Assembly (NCBI GenBank): GCA_964406075.1
Contig: CAYOQI010000004.1
Location: 57,718-121,717, forward strand
Reading direction: 5' to 3'
Origin: an uncultured Pseudomonadales bacterium
Lineage (GTDB): Bacteria > Patescibacteriota > Microgenomatia > UBA1400 > PJMF01
Length of the DNA: 64,000 bases
This document shows, in pieces, positions 58,401 to 64,000 of the stretch. The number at the start of each line of letters is the position of its first letter. Positions within the stretch are counted from its first letter, which is position 1. The translations under genes and the position numbers were made by a program. Below the pieces are notes generated by a model, which saw only the letters and a list, made by a program, of their open reading frames with translations, did no database searches and was not told where the DNA came from.

Positions 58401-59968
58401 CTGGTCGAATAGATACTGTGCAAGTGTATGGTGCAGAGCTTACAGCAGATCAAGTAAAAATTGTCATGAATGCGAACTCCGGTGTCAACTTCTCTACGGG
58501 TAGAGTTGAAACTGATCAGTCTATTGATGGAACACCATCAAACATAGCTGGATATTGGAATCTGAACGAGAACACAGGGACAACAGTGAATGATACATCT
58601 GGTAATGCAAACGCATTAACGATGAGTGGTGTGTCTGCTAGCTCTTGGGTACCTGCCAAATACGGATCAGGCTTGTACTTCGATGGAGCTGATGATTATC
58701 TCTCTATTGCTGATGATGCTGATTTTGATTTTGCTGCAGTTGATAGTTTTACTATTTCTGCCTGGGCAAAAAACTCTGGCTCACTTGCTTCAAGTCAACA
58801 TATTTTCGTCAAAGGTGACACCACTGATGGGGGCTGGAAACTCTACTTAAATACTGCCGGAAATTACTGTGTCCATTTTGCAGACAACATTAATAATGCC
58901 CCGACTGACTCAGCGTGTTCTTCATCAGGAGGATATGACTACAATGACAATCAATGGCATCACATTACTGCAGTGAAAGTAGCTAACTCTGAACTGCATC
59001 TCTATATTGATGGTGTGCTGGTAGCCTCTGATACAGCATTTTCATACTCCGGAACACTTGCAAACACTGGATCCTTATTGGTGGGCATAGGACAAAGTAC
59101 TACTACAGAAGAATTCACAGGTATCTTGGATGAATTAAAAATTTCGAGAACACCACTTACTGCCTCCCAAGTAGCTTTTGAATACAATCGTGGCCGTTCA
59201 CTAGCCTGGTGGAAATTTGATGACTGTACTGGAACTACTGCATACAATGCTGCCCAAAACGGTAACGGCGATGCGATTGGAAGTAATGGCACCATTACCA
59301 TAGGTGCAACCGGTTCCAACACATCCGCAGGTTCTTGTAATGTCGTGAACACCGCCACAGCTTGGTACAACGGGTTGGTCGGTAAATTTAATAACTCCAT
59401 TGATTTCGATGGCACTGATGATTATGTTTCTGTCGCAGATACAGAGATACTTCGACCAGAGGCAGGTAGCTGGTCCGTATCCTTGTGGGCAAACCCTGCA
59501 AATATCAATCAAAATTCTCCACTTATTACCAAGCGCCTAAACAGTGGGAATTTTGAACAATGGTCACTCTATATCTGTGGAAACATTGGATGTAGTACCG
59601 ATGGACAGCAAGTGCGCTTTGCTTTTGTTGAGGCCGATGGAACTACTGATCGCAAAGCACTCAGCACTCTAGACGTTGTTGATGGCAACTGGCATCATTA
59701 CGTGGGCATAGCCAGTAAAGACGATGACTCCATTATTTTATACAGGGACACAATAGAGCTAACTTCAACTTCTACAACAAATGGTTCCTGGCCTACTGTC
59801 AATAATACTGATCCTGTCCGCATCGCAAACGACAATGGAAGTGTTTACTATAATGGTCAAATTGATGATGTGCAGGTTTTTAACTATACTTTGTCTCAGG
59901 AACAAGTTAAAAAATTGTATAATGAAGGCTCTAGTGCTCGGTTTGGACCAGAAAGTGGAACTCCTTAA
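52448..59968 (+). CDS. giant (2506 aa) membrane-anchored protein with about 9 tandem LamG/concanavalin-A-like lectin modules
   Basis: An N-terminal signal anchor (KVVVLLLLLTLLLLPIVYSLI) is followed by a repeated module signature: (G)YWKLDEGTGT..DSSGN.N.GT ... F(D/T)G.DDYV ... F(T/S)(I/V)SAW(V/I) ... W(Y/H)H(V/I) ... L.LY(I/V)DG ... G.(I/L)DE(V/F)(R/K)IY. Seven W-x-(L/F/M)-(D/N)-E-type module starts can be counted, plus two or more degenerate ones. Confidence 0.9.
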   Translation: MFSFRRRPLSSVSRKRSPKVVVLLLLLTLLLLPIVYSLITRPNQGTAAPLNATEDSTSITITSPGKYRAVIQKGDTTDYILFYDLAEDAGNPDPTHEFKGPCVLETNTYCLRDDSNRMTTLIEVTDTVVKVRVMGRFNNEASTDYLDDDTPLYFPEVIENYAFTRDGVSVMNRTDFATGTGVTFDADSGHNGYDWLGVYSDVTDGAYDDTANNNYGDGATEAQISADGEFSNTNSYFHMPGTGSSTYQDAFVGIHRDGWYSDLNSSGVHEWNWDEAESGTQDLITAQEQNYNSSRRHEAKWYFLLKSESDLDTEAEREALNNEMINADILSYTVGETSYEMPVTATAINFDADTDYVNVPDNSAYDFGDTADYSVEAWMMRNGNPISGDNPIVSKRLCCGASGWEFQIRLSSARMRLQMTDGTDTYDLEGSTVLSDQTWYHVAAVFDQDNASNSIIYINGVAETMTRTGTIGNLGSMASTAGLGFGVGEPGIGNYNSFSGRIAEVRIWDDVRTAAEIRENMFRQIDPASANLVGYWKLDEGTGTAVHDSSATGANGTIVGGATWDSVNERKADHFNEFEFAHTLQSTAQNAQYDIDAGASNVSTTANGAISDNATTVTVTSTTGFASSGIAYIDGDKFSYTGTTATTFTGVPSSGEHSVIAHVTGSVVAQFTRSNTNFKVGGYQSTEKPAQITKEGISQKEGVDFSASVKPVTDGYFAQDLSFYADFASTTVDVGSNLTNSGCTLTQGGNDYTLGFITVCDGGSDDMTFTSTGNIDYAKGALEFSIAAFSTSADSTERTYFRITDGTDEFRFRKTSGNTLEFLIDEGASTYTESISSANYSWGFLDTVHIRLEWDDSASTTEDEMKIYINGRLPTSTDASGFTGANVSPGTTFRLGNSADSGGTHCNCLIDEFKIYDFNGSGDQVGLAKVGAGGGGGDYFYNPNNNLTLSFAPVDAGNRGEYLYLGADAKVNGYNFDLATNGVGSSLNLDWEYWNGVAWTSLESIVGFTDTTSNLTQSGTVYWTAPPTNWRPYAMNSKNEFYYIRASLNAASGTYTTSPVENRITTTTLYIRSDTTLNLEDQTFVIPTQFQPSVFWKMDEGQGTAINDSTGNKNDGTRLNAVWQTEDMCVSGKCLYFDGSGSPRDYLYRLNDDSFNFTASESFSISIWIKREPISTDPNVILAKHNSSGGGYKIRMENDGDISCGIDDDSTYTPDAEAISTLATYDDNQWHHIECVKDGTSSLSLYIDGILINTNSSISGVGSLVNTQPFYLGNGGDGLSDAFKGFMDEFKMYPYARTADEVKADAIAGAGNRGSSAVLGAQDTAFLNDGLAGYWSLDEGTANSCSGGTNDSCDKSGNNNDGAWQDNATSTRGKFSRGTIYDGTNDNVTITDPTSGTLDFGTGDFTVSTWVNFSAIANGSTLLGKNFTGSGAGYGMRIQTTSPTIWVGDGATTAELAHTAVLSNSAWYHVVGVRKNGTLYIYVNGVQGSSTASFTGNVSTTGNLYLGARGTGATANMAGSLDEVRIYNRALAPAEITTLYNWAPGPVGYWKLDENTGISAYDSSGNASTGTLTNSPTWTPGKFGSGVNLGGNSSNHYVSIADNDLYSPSLFAGATIQAWFNQDTATAARDWIVAKGNTSNFEWGLAVSNGVLYCEIWDSSGSSQAQVVAGVVSTGAWHFASCTMDNTNGVYLYLDGVLQGSSPGLTGGMSNTTSAVQIGNRADGGDNNFDGTIDEVKIYNYVRTPGQMLEDMNGTHPVGGSPVGSQILNWKFDEGNGTTANNEITGGTNGTLTSMATAPSTSSSGWTASGKFNKALVFDGTDDKVVIDTASDANVDFNASEQFSLSAWVYSTTVPTTATDEDLIIGKWDETSSQRAYRVFLENDDTDSTGHIRVEVMDESTGGNEILSAVTSNDTISQNTWYHVTMTFNGTITGAANSLKVYLDGKQLGTNAANASFVGIDDVTSDFTVGDYDATDSDGDLDGFTGRIDTVQVYGAELTADQVKIVMNANSGVNFSTGRVETDQSIDGTPSNIAGYWNLNENTGTTVNDTSGNANALTMSGVSASSWVPAKYGSGLYFDGADDYLSIADDADFDFAAVDSFTISAWAKNSGSLASSQHIFVKGDTTDGGWKLYLNTAGNYCVHFADNINNAPTDSACSSSGGYDYNDNQWHHITAVKVANSELHLYIDGVLVASDTAFSYSGTLANTGSLLVGIGQSTTTEEFTGILDELKISRTPLTASQVAFEYNRGRSLAWWKFDDCTGTTAYNAAQNGNGDAIGSNGTITIGATGSNTSAGSCNVVNTATAWYNGLVGKFNNSIDFDGTDDYVSVADTEILRPEAGSWSVSLWANPANINQNSPLITKRLNSGNFEQWSLYICGNIGCSTDGQQVRFAFVEADGTTDRKALSTLDVVDGNWHHYVGIASKDDDSIILYRDTIELTSTSTTNGSWPTVNNTDPVRIANDNGSVYYNGQIDDVQVFNYTLSQEQVKKLYNEGSSARFGPESGTP

Positions 59969-60142
59969 GCTTCTCTTCTTACGATCATTCAAGAAAGAAA
60001 CTCATTCAGTAAAACTTCAGTTTCCCTCTTACATTTTTCTCTCTATAAACAAGCTTTTTTTTATGAATTTTCTACTTGTATCTCATTGCAAAATACCGGT
60101 ACAATGACTACTTAATATAGTGAAGGTAACTTAATACGCACC

Positions 60143-62296
60143 ATGGCACAACCGTCCACTCGCCCACAATCACTTGATCTCATCATTCCCAAGCTCGTTG
60201 AATATATGCTGTATGGAGCAGTGATTTTAACTCCATTATTCTTTTTACCGTTTCTGCAAAATATTTTTGATACATCAAAGTATGCCCTGCTCTTGATAGT
60301 CACATTGATTTCACTTGGACTTTGGACGGTAAATACGTTGAGACATAAAGTATTACGATTTACTTTTCATCCTTTTACCTTTCCATTAATTCTTTTATCG
60401 TTCAGTATTTTAGTTTCTTCAGTATTGTCACCGGTGTATTTTCTTGAAGATTTTGCGGGAATTTTTGGACTCATCTTTTTCTTAAACTTACTTATTCTGT
60501 TTGGTTCAAGTTTAGTAAAAGTCAAACAAAGTAAAACATTTATTGATATGGCAAGTATTGGGGCCATTTTATTGAGCATCGTTTCTCTTCTCCAGCTCGC
60601 TGGAGTTGGACCAACAGTTGCATTAAATTCTTTACTGACCTTACAGTTTCCAAATACTTTTGCATTCTCTCCCGCTGGATCTCCATTGATTGGTTTATCT
60701 GCATTAGTAACCATCTTGGTACCAATGGTTGTGATGTTGGTTACTAATAAAGCATGGAAAGAAAAAATTCCGACAATGGTAGCTACTGCTATCGTCGCGA
60801 TCGGAGTACTTCTTCATGTCGGAGTAATGGTTGCAAAGCCTGAATTTCGACCTAACCTGCTTCCTTTATCAGCAAACTGGTTAATCTCCGTAGAAATTTT
60901 GAAGAACCTCCCCAGAGCCCTTTTTGGAGTTGGTCCTCAAAATTTTATGGATGCGTATGCTCAATTTCGACCAGTGAGCTTAAACAGTAATGACACATGG
61001 CAACTACTCTATCAATCAGGATCAAACACTCCATTCTTTATTTGGGTCAGTGTCGGGACTGTGGGATTGATTGCTTGGATCTTACTTTTTATTCAAAGTT
61101 TACTATTGCTCAAATCATCTCCAATATCCGCTCGCCCAGTTGGAATCATGGTCGTCACTGCTTTTATTATCGAGTTATTTATTCCGTTTAATATTGTCCT
61201 TGTCGCTCTACAAGCACTGGGTATGTTGTTCTGGATCGCGACACTCAGAGCTGAGCATCATCCCAAAAGTTCAGATATTGTCGTTAGCTTAAATGCCTTA
61301 AAAGTTACTCGCCCTGAAGACTACCCAACAGAAAAGAGAATGGGATCTTTGACATACATCACCACATTTTTTGTTCTGGTTGTAATCGCAGTCAGTACGT
61401 ACGGTCTCTTTAGAGTTATGGCCGGAGAGTTTTTCTTCTTCCAATCACTCCAAGCTGCTCAAGCTAGCGATGTCAAAAAACTGTATGAGATTCAACAAAA
61501 AGCCATTCAATACAATCCATATCGAGATATTTATCGCAGAACCTATGCCCAAACCAACTTTGCAGTGGCATTAAATTTGGCTCAAAAAGAAGGTATTACC
61601 GAAGAAGAAAAAGCCACACTTTCTAAATTACTTCAGCAAGCAATTCGAGAGGCTCGTATTGCCGCAAGTTTGAACCCTGCTCGCTCAGTCAATTGGAGAG
61701 TTTTAGGTGATATTTATCGAGGATTAATTGGTTCAACCAAGAATGCCGAACAGTGGTCAGTCGCATCATATGTCCAAGCCGTTCAAACTCATCCCAATGA
61801 CCCAACGTTGCGTGTTGATCTAGGTGGAATTTTCTTGAGAACCAAAAACCCTGATCAAGCAGCTCAATTGTTCCAACAAGCAGCACAGCTCAAACCAGAT
61901 TACGCCAATGCCTACTACAACTGGGCCCAAGCATTAATTTTACTCAATCGACCAGATACAGCTGTCTTAGCGTATGAGAAAGTTCTCACCTTACTTAAAC
62001 CTGATTCAGCCGATTACGTCAAAACTCAAAAGGAGTTAGTGGATTTGAGAGAAAAAGCCAAGGCCGCTGCAGCTGCTCAACCAAAACCACCTGCTACTCA
62101 AACCGCAACTGGATCAGCTACGACACCCACACCTCAACCAACACCAAGTAATACTCAACCTGAGGAAGCTGCCTTACCTGAGTCAGTCAAGCCATCACCA
62201 GGTTTGTTAGATCAAGAACCTGAAAATGTCCAGCTCGATCCTAATCAAGCCAGTCAATCAGCCACTCCCCAACCCAATCCAACTGCTGCTCCGTAA
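60143..62296 (+). CDS. Wzy_C (O-antigen ligase-like) polytopic membrane protein fused to C-terminal TPR repeats and a Pro/Thr/Gln-rich tail
   Basis: 717 aa. About 12 helices occupy the first ~440 aa, including FGVGPQNFMDAY (compare FGVGFNHF in the 17436 paralogue). TPR-like repeats follow (YRRTYAQTNFAVAL, WRVLGDIYRG, AQLFQQAAQLKPDYANAYYNWAQALI). The tail is AAQPKPPATQTATGSATTPTPQPTPSNTQPEE. Confidence 0.7.
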   Translation: MAQPSTRPQSLDLIIPKLVEYMLYGAVILTPLFFLPFLQNIFDTSKYALLLIVTLISLGLWTVNTLRHKVLRFTFHPFTFPLILLSFSILVSSVLSPVYFLEDFAGIFGLIFFLNLLILFGSSLVKVKQSKTFIDMASIGAILLSIVSLLQLAGVGPTVALNSLLTLQFPNTFAFSPAGSPLIGLSALVTILVPMVVMLVTNKAWKEKIPTMVATAIVAIGVLLHVGVMVAKPEFRPNLLPLSANWLISVEILKNLPRALFGVGPQNFMDAYAQFRPVSLNSNDTWQLLYQSGSNTPFFIWVSVGTVGLIAWILLFIQSLLLLKSSPISARPVGIMVVTAFIIELFIPFNIVLVALQALGMLFWIATLRAEHHPKSSDIVVSLNALKVTRPEDYPTEKRMGSLTYITTFFVLVVIAVSTYGLFRVMAGEFFFFQSLQAAQASDVKKLYEIQQKAIQYNPYRDIYRRTYAQTNFAVALNLAQKEGITEEEKATLSKLLQQAIREARIAASLNPARSVNWRVLGDIYRGLIGSTKNAEQWSVASYVQAVQTHPNDPTLRVDLGGIFLRTKNPDQAAQLFQQAAQLKPDYANAYYNWAQALILLNRPDTAVLAYEKVLTLLKPDSADYVKTQKELVDLREKAKAAAAAQPKPPATQTATGSATTPTPQPTPSNTQPEEAALPESVKPSPGLLDQEPENVQLDPNQASQSATPQPNPTAAP

Positions 62297-62322
62297 AGAA
62301 AGAATAAATTAAAAATTGAAAC

Positions 62323-62352
62323 AAAAAAGCTGACTAAAAGTCAGCTTTTTTT
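62323..62352. terminator. bidirectional rho-independent terminator
   Basis: The stem AGCTGAC (62328-62334) / GTCAGCT (62340-62346) has loop TAAAA and is flanked by A6 upstream and T7 downstream. It can therefore terminate both the plus-strand Wzy_C-TPR gene and the minus-strand tRNA transcription unit. Confidence 0.8.
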
Positions 62353-62353
62353 A

Positions 62354-62405
62354 TGGTGGACCGTGGGGGAACCTGCCTGCCGTCAGGCAGGTCGAACTCT
62401 CACTG
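62354..62405 (-). other. tRNA 3'-half-like segment (T-arm region with palindromic insert + acceptor strand + encoded CCA)
   Basis: The minus strand reads CAGTGAGAG TTCGAC[CTGCCTGACGGCAGGCAGGT]TCCCCC ACGGTCC A CCA. It lies directly 3' of tRNA-Ala(CGC) and directly 5' of the terminator. Confidence 0.55.
62367..62396 (-). repeat. conserved 30-nt GC-rich palindromic element, copy 2
   Basis: The plus strand reads GGGAACCTGCCTGCCGTCAGGCAGGTCGAA, which is 29/30 identical to 14133..14162. The single difference is in the loop. Confidence 0.85.
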
Positions 62406-62476
62406 TGGACTCACGGGGAATTGAACCCCGAACTATGCAATGCGAATGCATCGGTATACCGTTTACCTATGAGCCC
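62406..62476 (-). tRNA. tRNA-Ala (anticodon CGC)
   Basis: Hand-folded: GGGCTCA TA GGTA-AACGGTA-TACC G ATGCA TTCGCAT TGCAT AGTT CGGGG TTCAATT CCCCG TGAGTCC A. The G3:U70 identity pair is present. Length is 71 nt with no encoded CCA. Confidence 0.85.
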
Positions 62477-62509
62477 GAATGCTATGTACTACCACTATAC
62501 GAACGGCCC
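62477..62509 (-). other. tRNA 5'-half-like segment (acceptor strand + D-arm + 5' anticodon stem)
   Basis: The minus strand reads GGGCCGT TC GTAT-AGTGGTA-GTAC A TAGCA TTC and abuts the 5' end of tRNA-Ala(CGC). GGGCCGT is complementary to ACGGTCC in 62354..62405, with a G3:U70 pair. Confidence 0.5.
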
Positions 62510-62518
62510 TCATTTCAA

Positions 62519-62755
62519 TTAAATCAGTCGCTTATTTCTAAAAGCAAATCCTGCTCCCGTTTTTAAATACTTTTCAAATTCTATTGCGAGTTTTTCTGAA
62601 GCAAAAGCGGAGTAGAAAATTAGTTTACATGGGAGAAAGTTTTTTGTTGCCTTAACTCTTCCCGAGCTATGCTCTTTCAAACGAGTTTTCAAATCAGAAG
62701 AATAACCAGTATATATTGTGTTATTTATTAGCTGAAGAAGATATGTGTAATACAC
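62519..62755 (-). CDS. stand-alone GIY-YIG (URI domain, UPF0213/YhbQ-like) nuclease family protein
   Basis: 78 aa. YYTYLLQLINNTIYTGYSSDLKTRLKEHSSG matches the GIY-(10-11)-YIG pattern with the downstream R..H and E residues. Confidence 0.75.
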   Translation of the reverse strand: MYYTYLLQLINNTIYTGYSSDLKTRLKEHSSGRVKATKNFLPCKLIFYSAFASEKLAIEFEKYLKTGAGFAFRNKRLI

Positions 62756-62878
62756 TTGAACCTTAAAGTCCTACTTCGCTAAAGCTACGCGGGACACACT
62801 TCGCATGACTTAAAATATCTCTTACTATAAAAAGTGGCCTGCCACACGAAGCTCTGAGTGATAACGAAGAGCGAAGTG

Positions 62879-62949
62879 TGGACCCGAGGGGAATCGAACC
62901 CCTTTCTATTCCATGCCATGGAAGTATACTACCGGTGTACTACGGGCCC
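62879..62949 (-). tRNA. tRNA-Ala (anticodon GGC)
   Basis: Hand-folded: GGGCCCG TA GTAC-ACCGGTA-GTAT A CTTCC ATGGCAT GGAAT AGAA AGGGG TTCGATT CCCCT CGGGTCC A. G3:U70 is present. There is one C-U mismatch at the top of the anticodon stem and no encoded CCA. Confidence 0.75.
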
Positions 62950-63070
62950 CTAAAATAACTTTTCAACTTCTCCTCCCTGATGTATCGGGGAGAAAGCTGA
63001 GTTCTGTCATAACAGAACCAGCAGGTGGGGGTTTCAATTAAATCAATCTCAGAATTTTAACATACGCTTC

Positions 63071-64000
63071 TCAAGTTGAAAGGATTTGTTCCAAGCCTTG
63101 TTTGACTTGTTCAATTCCCTGTTGAGTGGCACCACTCCAAAATACAAGATTTTTCTTTTCTTTTTTAAATTTTGCCTCGACTTTTTTCTGAAGATCAGGT
63201 GAGTACAAATCAATTTTATTGATACTGATCAAAGACGGTAGGTTAACTAGATCTGGATTGTAATTCTTCAGTTCATCGAGCAACTTGTGATAATCATCAA
63301 AAATCTGTTGAGCCTGATCAGCTACTGATGCATCGAGATCTTGAACGAACAGGACATATAACAACACTCTACAACGCTCAACGTGACGAAGGAATTGAAT
63401 TCCTAATCCCTTGCCTTCACTTGCTCCTTCAATCAAGCCTGGAATATCTGCGATCACTACTTCTTTCCCATATAAAGAAAGCACACCTAAATTAGGAGAT
63501 AGGGTTGTAAAAGGATAATTCGCTATTTTTGGATTAGCTCGAGTGACAAGAGAAAGAAAAGTTGATTTCCCGGCATTGGGAAATCCAACTAAACCAACAT
63601 CAGCTAGAAGTTTTAACTCGAAATATACTTCGAGACTTTTACCTGGAGTACCTTTTTGAGCATACATTGGTGTAGTGTTGGTAGAGCTTTTGAAACGATC
63701 ATTCCCTTTTCCGCCATGCCCACCTTTAGCAACTAACTCTTCTTGACCATCAGCTAAAATTTCGACCACTTTTGTCTTTTGAATATCTTTGAGTCGAATA
63801 TCTTTCAGTTCTTTCTGGCGGGAAATAAACACTTCTTCAATATCATCCACTTCATCCTGCTTTAAATTTGCTTGAACTTTCTTTTTTGAATCCGAAACTT
63901 CGGATTGCATCTCCCAGACTACAGTACCAATTGGTACATCAATATACAGATCTTCACCTTTTTTTCCAAAGCTTTTATCTTTCCCACCCACTTGGCCATT
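63071..64000 (-). CDS. obg: Obg/CgtA GTPase (5' end runs off the window)
   Basis: Motifs present are AKGGHGGKGNDRF (Obg-fold Gly-rich repeats) and LKLLADVGLVGFPNAGKSTFLS (G1), plus DIPGLIEGA (G3) and NKID (G4). The reading frame stays open to position 64000, and the track start at 63991 is an internal GTG. Confidence 0.9.
   Translation of the reverse strand, partial: NGQVGGKDKSFGKKGEDLYIDVPIGTVVWEMQSEVSDSKKKVQANLKQDEVDDIEEVFISRQKELKDIRLKDIQKTKVVEILADGQEELVAKGGHGGKGNDRFKSSTNTTPMYAQKGTPGKSLEVYFELKLLADVGLVGFPNAGKSTFLSLVTRANPKIANYPFTTLSPNLGVLSLYGKEVVIADIPGLIEGASEGKGLGIQFLRHVERCRVLLYVLFVQDLDASVADQAQQIFDDYHKLLDELKNYNPDLVNLPSLISINKIDLYSPDLQKKVEAKFKKEKKNLVFWSGATQQGIEQVKQGLEQILST

Noticed and set aside
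52700-59992. Short antisense or off-frame ORFs within the LamG-array gene, for example 56851..57231 and 59002..59415.
   Set aside because: The reasoning is the same as above. They are nested in a long, motif-rich ORF and have no motifs or start-site context of their own.
62354-62509. The idea that the outer shell (a 5' GGGCCGT end, a 3' ACGGTCCACCA end, G3:U70) is a tmRNA (ssrA).
   Set aside because: The whole unit is only 156 nt, and its interior is a well-formed tRNA-Ala rather than pseudoknots plus a tag ORF. The only reading frame from an internal GCA (AFALHSSGFNSP*) does not resemble a proteolysis tag ending in hydrophobic residues or Ala-Ala.
62363-62566. 67-aa plus-strand ORF.
   Set aside because: It is antisense to tRNA-Ala(CGC), to the tRNA-half-like segments and to the 3' end of the GIY-YIG gene. 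It is a translation of structured-RNA DNA.

Overview
This is a 64-kb window of an AT-rich, gene-dense bacterial chromosome; spot counts give about 30-42% GC for most genes. The standard genetic code fits, since long intact ORFs end at TGA, TAA and TAG. Gene content suggests a small-genome, surface-attached Patescibacteria/CPR-like organism, but this is inference only. That content includes prepilin-type pseudopilins, comEA plus a split comEC, a sortase, several envelope-glycosylation genes, aaRS genes, an F1Fo ATPase operon and two giant surface proteins.

Layout:
- 1-1.4 kb: a compositionally foreign GC-rich secreted-protein gene.
- 1.8-8 kb: a glycosylation cluster (polytopic GT-C-like protein, GT2, GT4, flippase).
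- 8-14 kb: sortase, a TraD/HerA-like ATPase, a vWA protein and three pseudopilins.
- 14.1-14.4 kb: tRNA-Arg and tRNA-Pro with unusual tRNA-half-like flanks.
- 14.5-27.4 kb: housekeeping genes (ndk, an HhH-GPD glycosylase, an M16 peptidase, a Wzy_C ligase-like protein, argS, comEA/comEC, leuS).
- 28-35.7 kb: atpFHAGDC preceded by gpmI and a c-subunit-like fusion protein; no a subunit or canonical c subunit is present.
- 36.8-62.3 kb: a three-gene surface locus. It holds a 5133-aa protein with an N-terminal MerR-type HTH, one TM segment and a highly repetitive ectodomain; a 2506-aa LamG-type lectin-array protein; and a Wzy_C-TPR membrane protein.
- 62.3-64 kb: two tRNA-Ala genes flanking a GIY-YIG gene, then a partial obg.

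The most interesting signals are:
1. The giant-protein locus.
2. The remodelled atp operon, whose c-like fusion shares a domain with the giant protein.
3. Two loci where a complete tRNA sits inside a split, tRNA-like shell that carries a conserved 30-nt GC-rich palindromic element.

All product calls rest on motifs read by eye. No database search was run.
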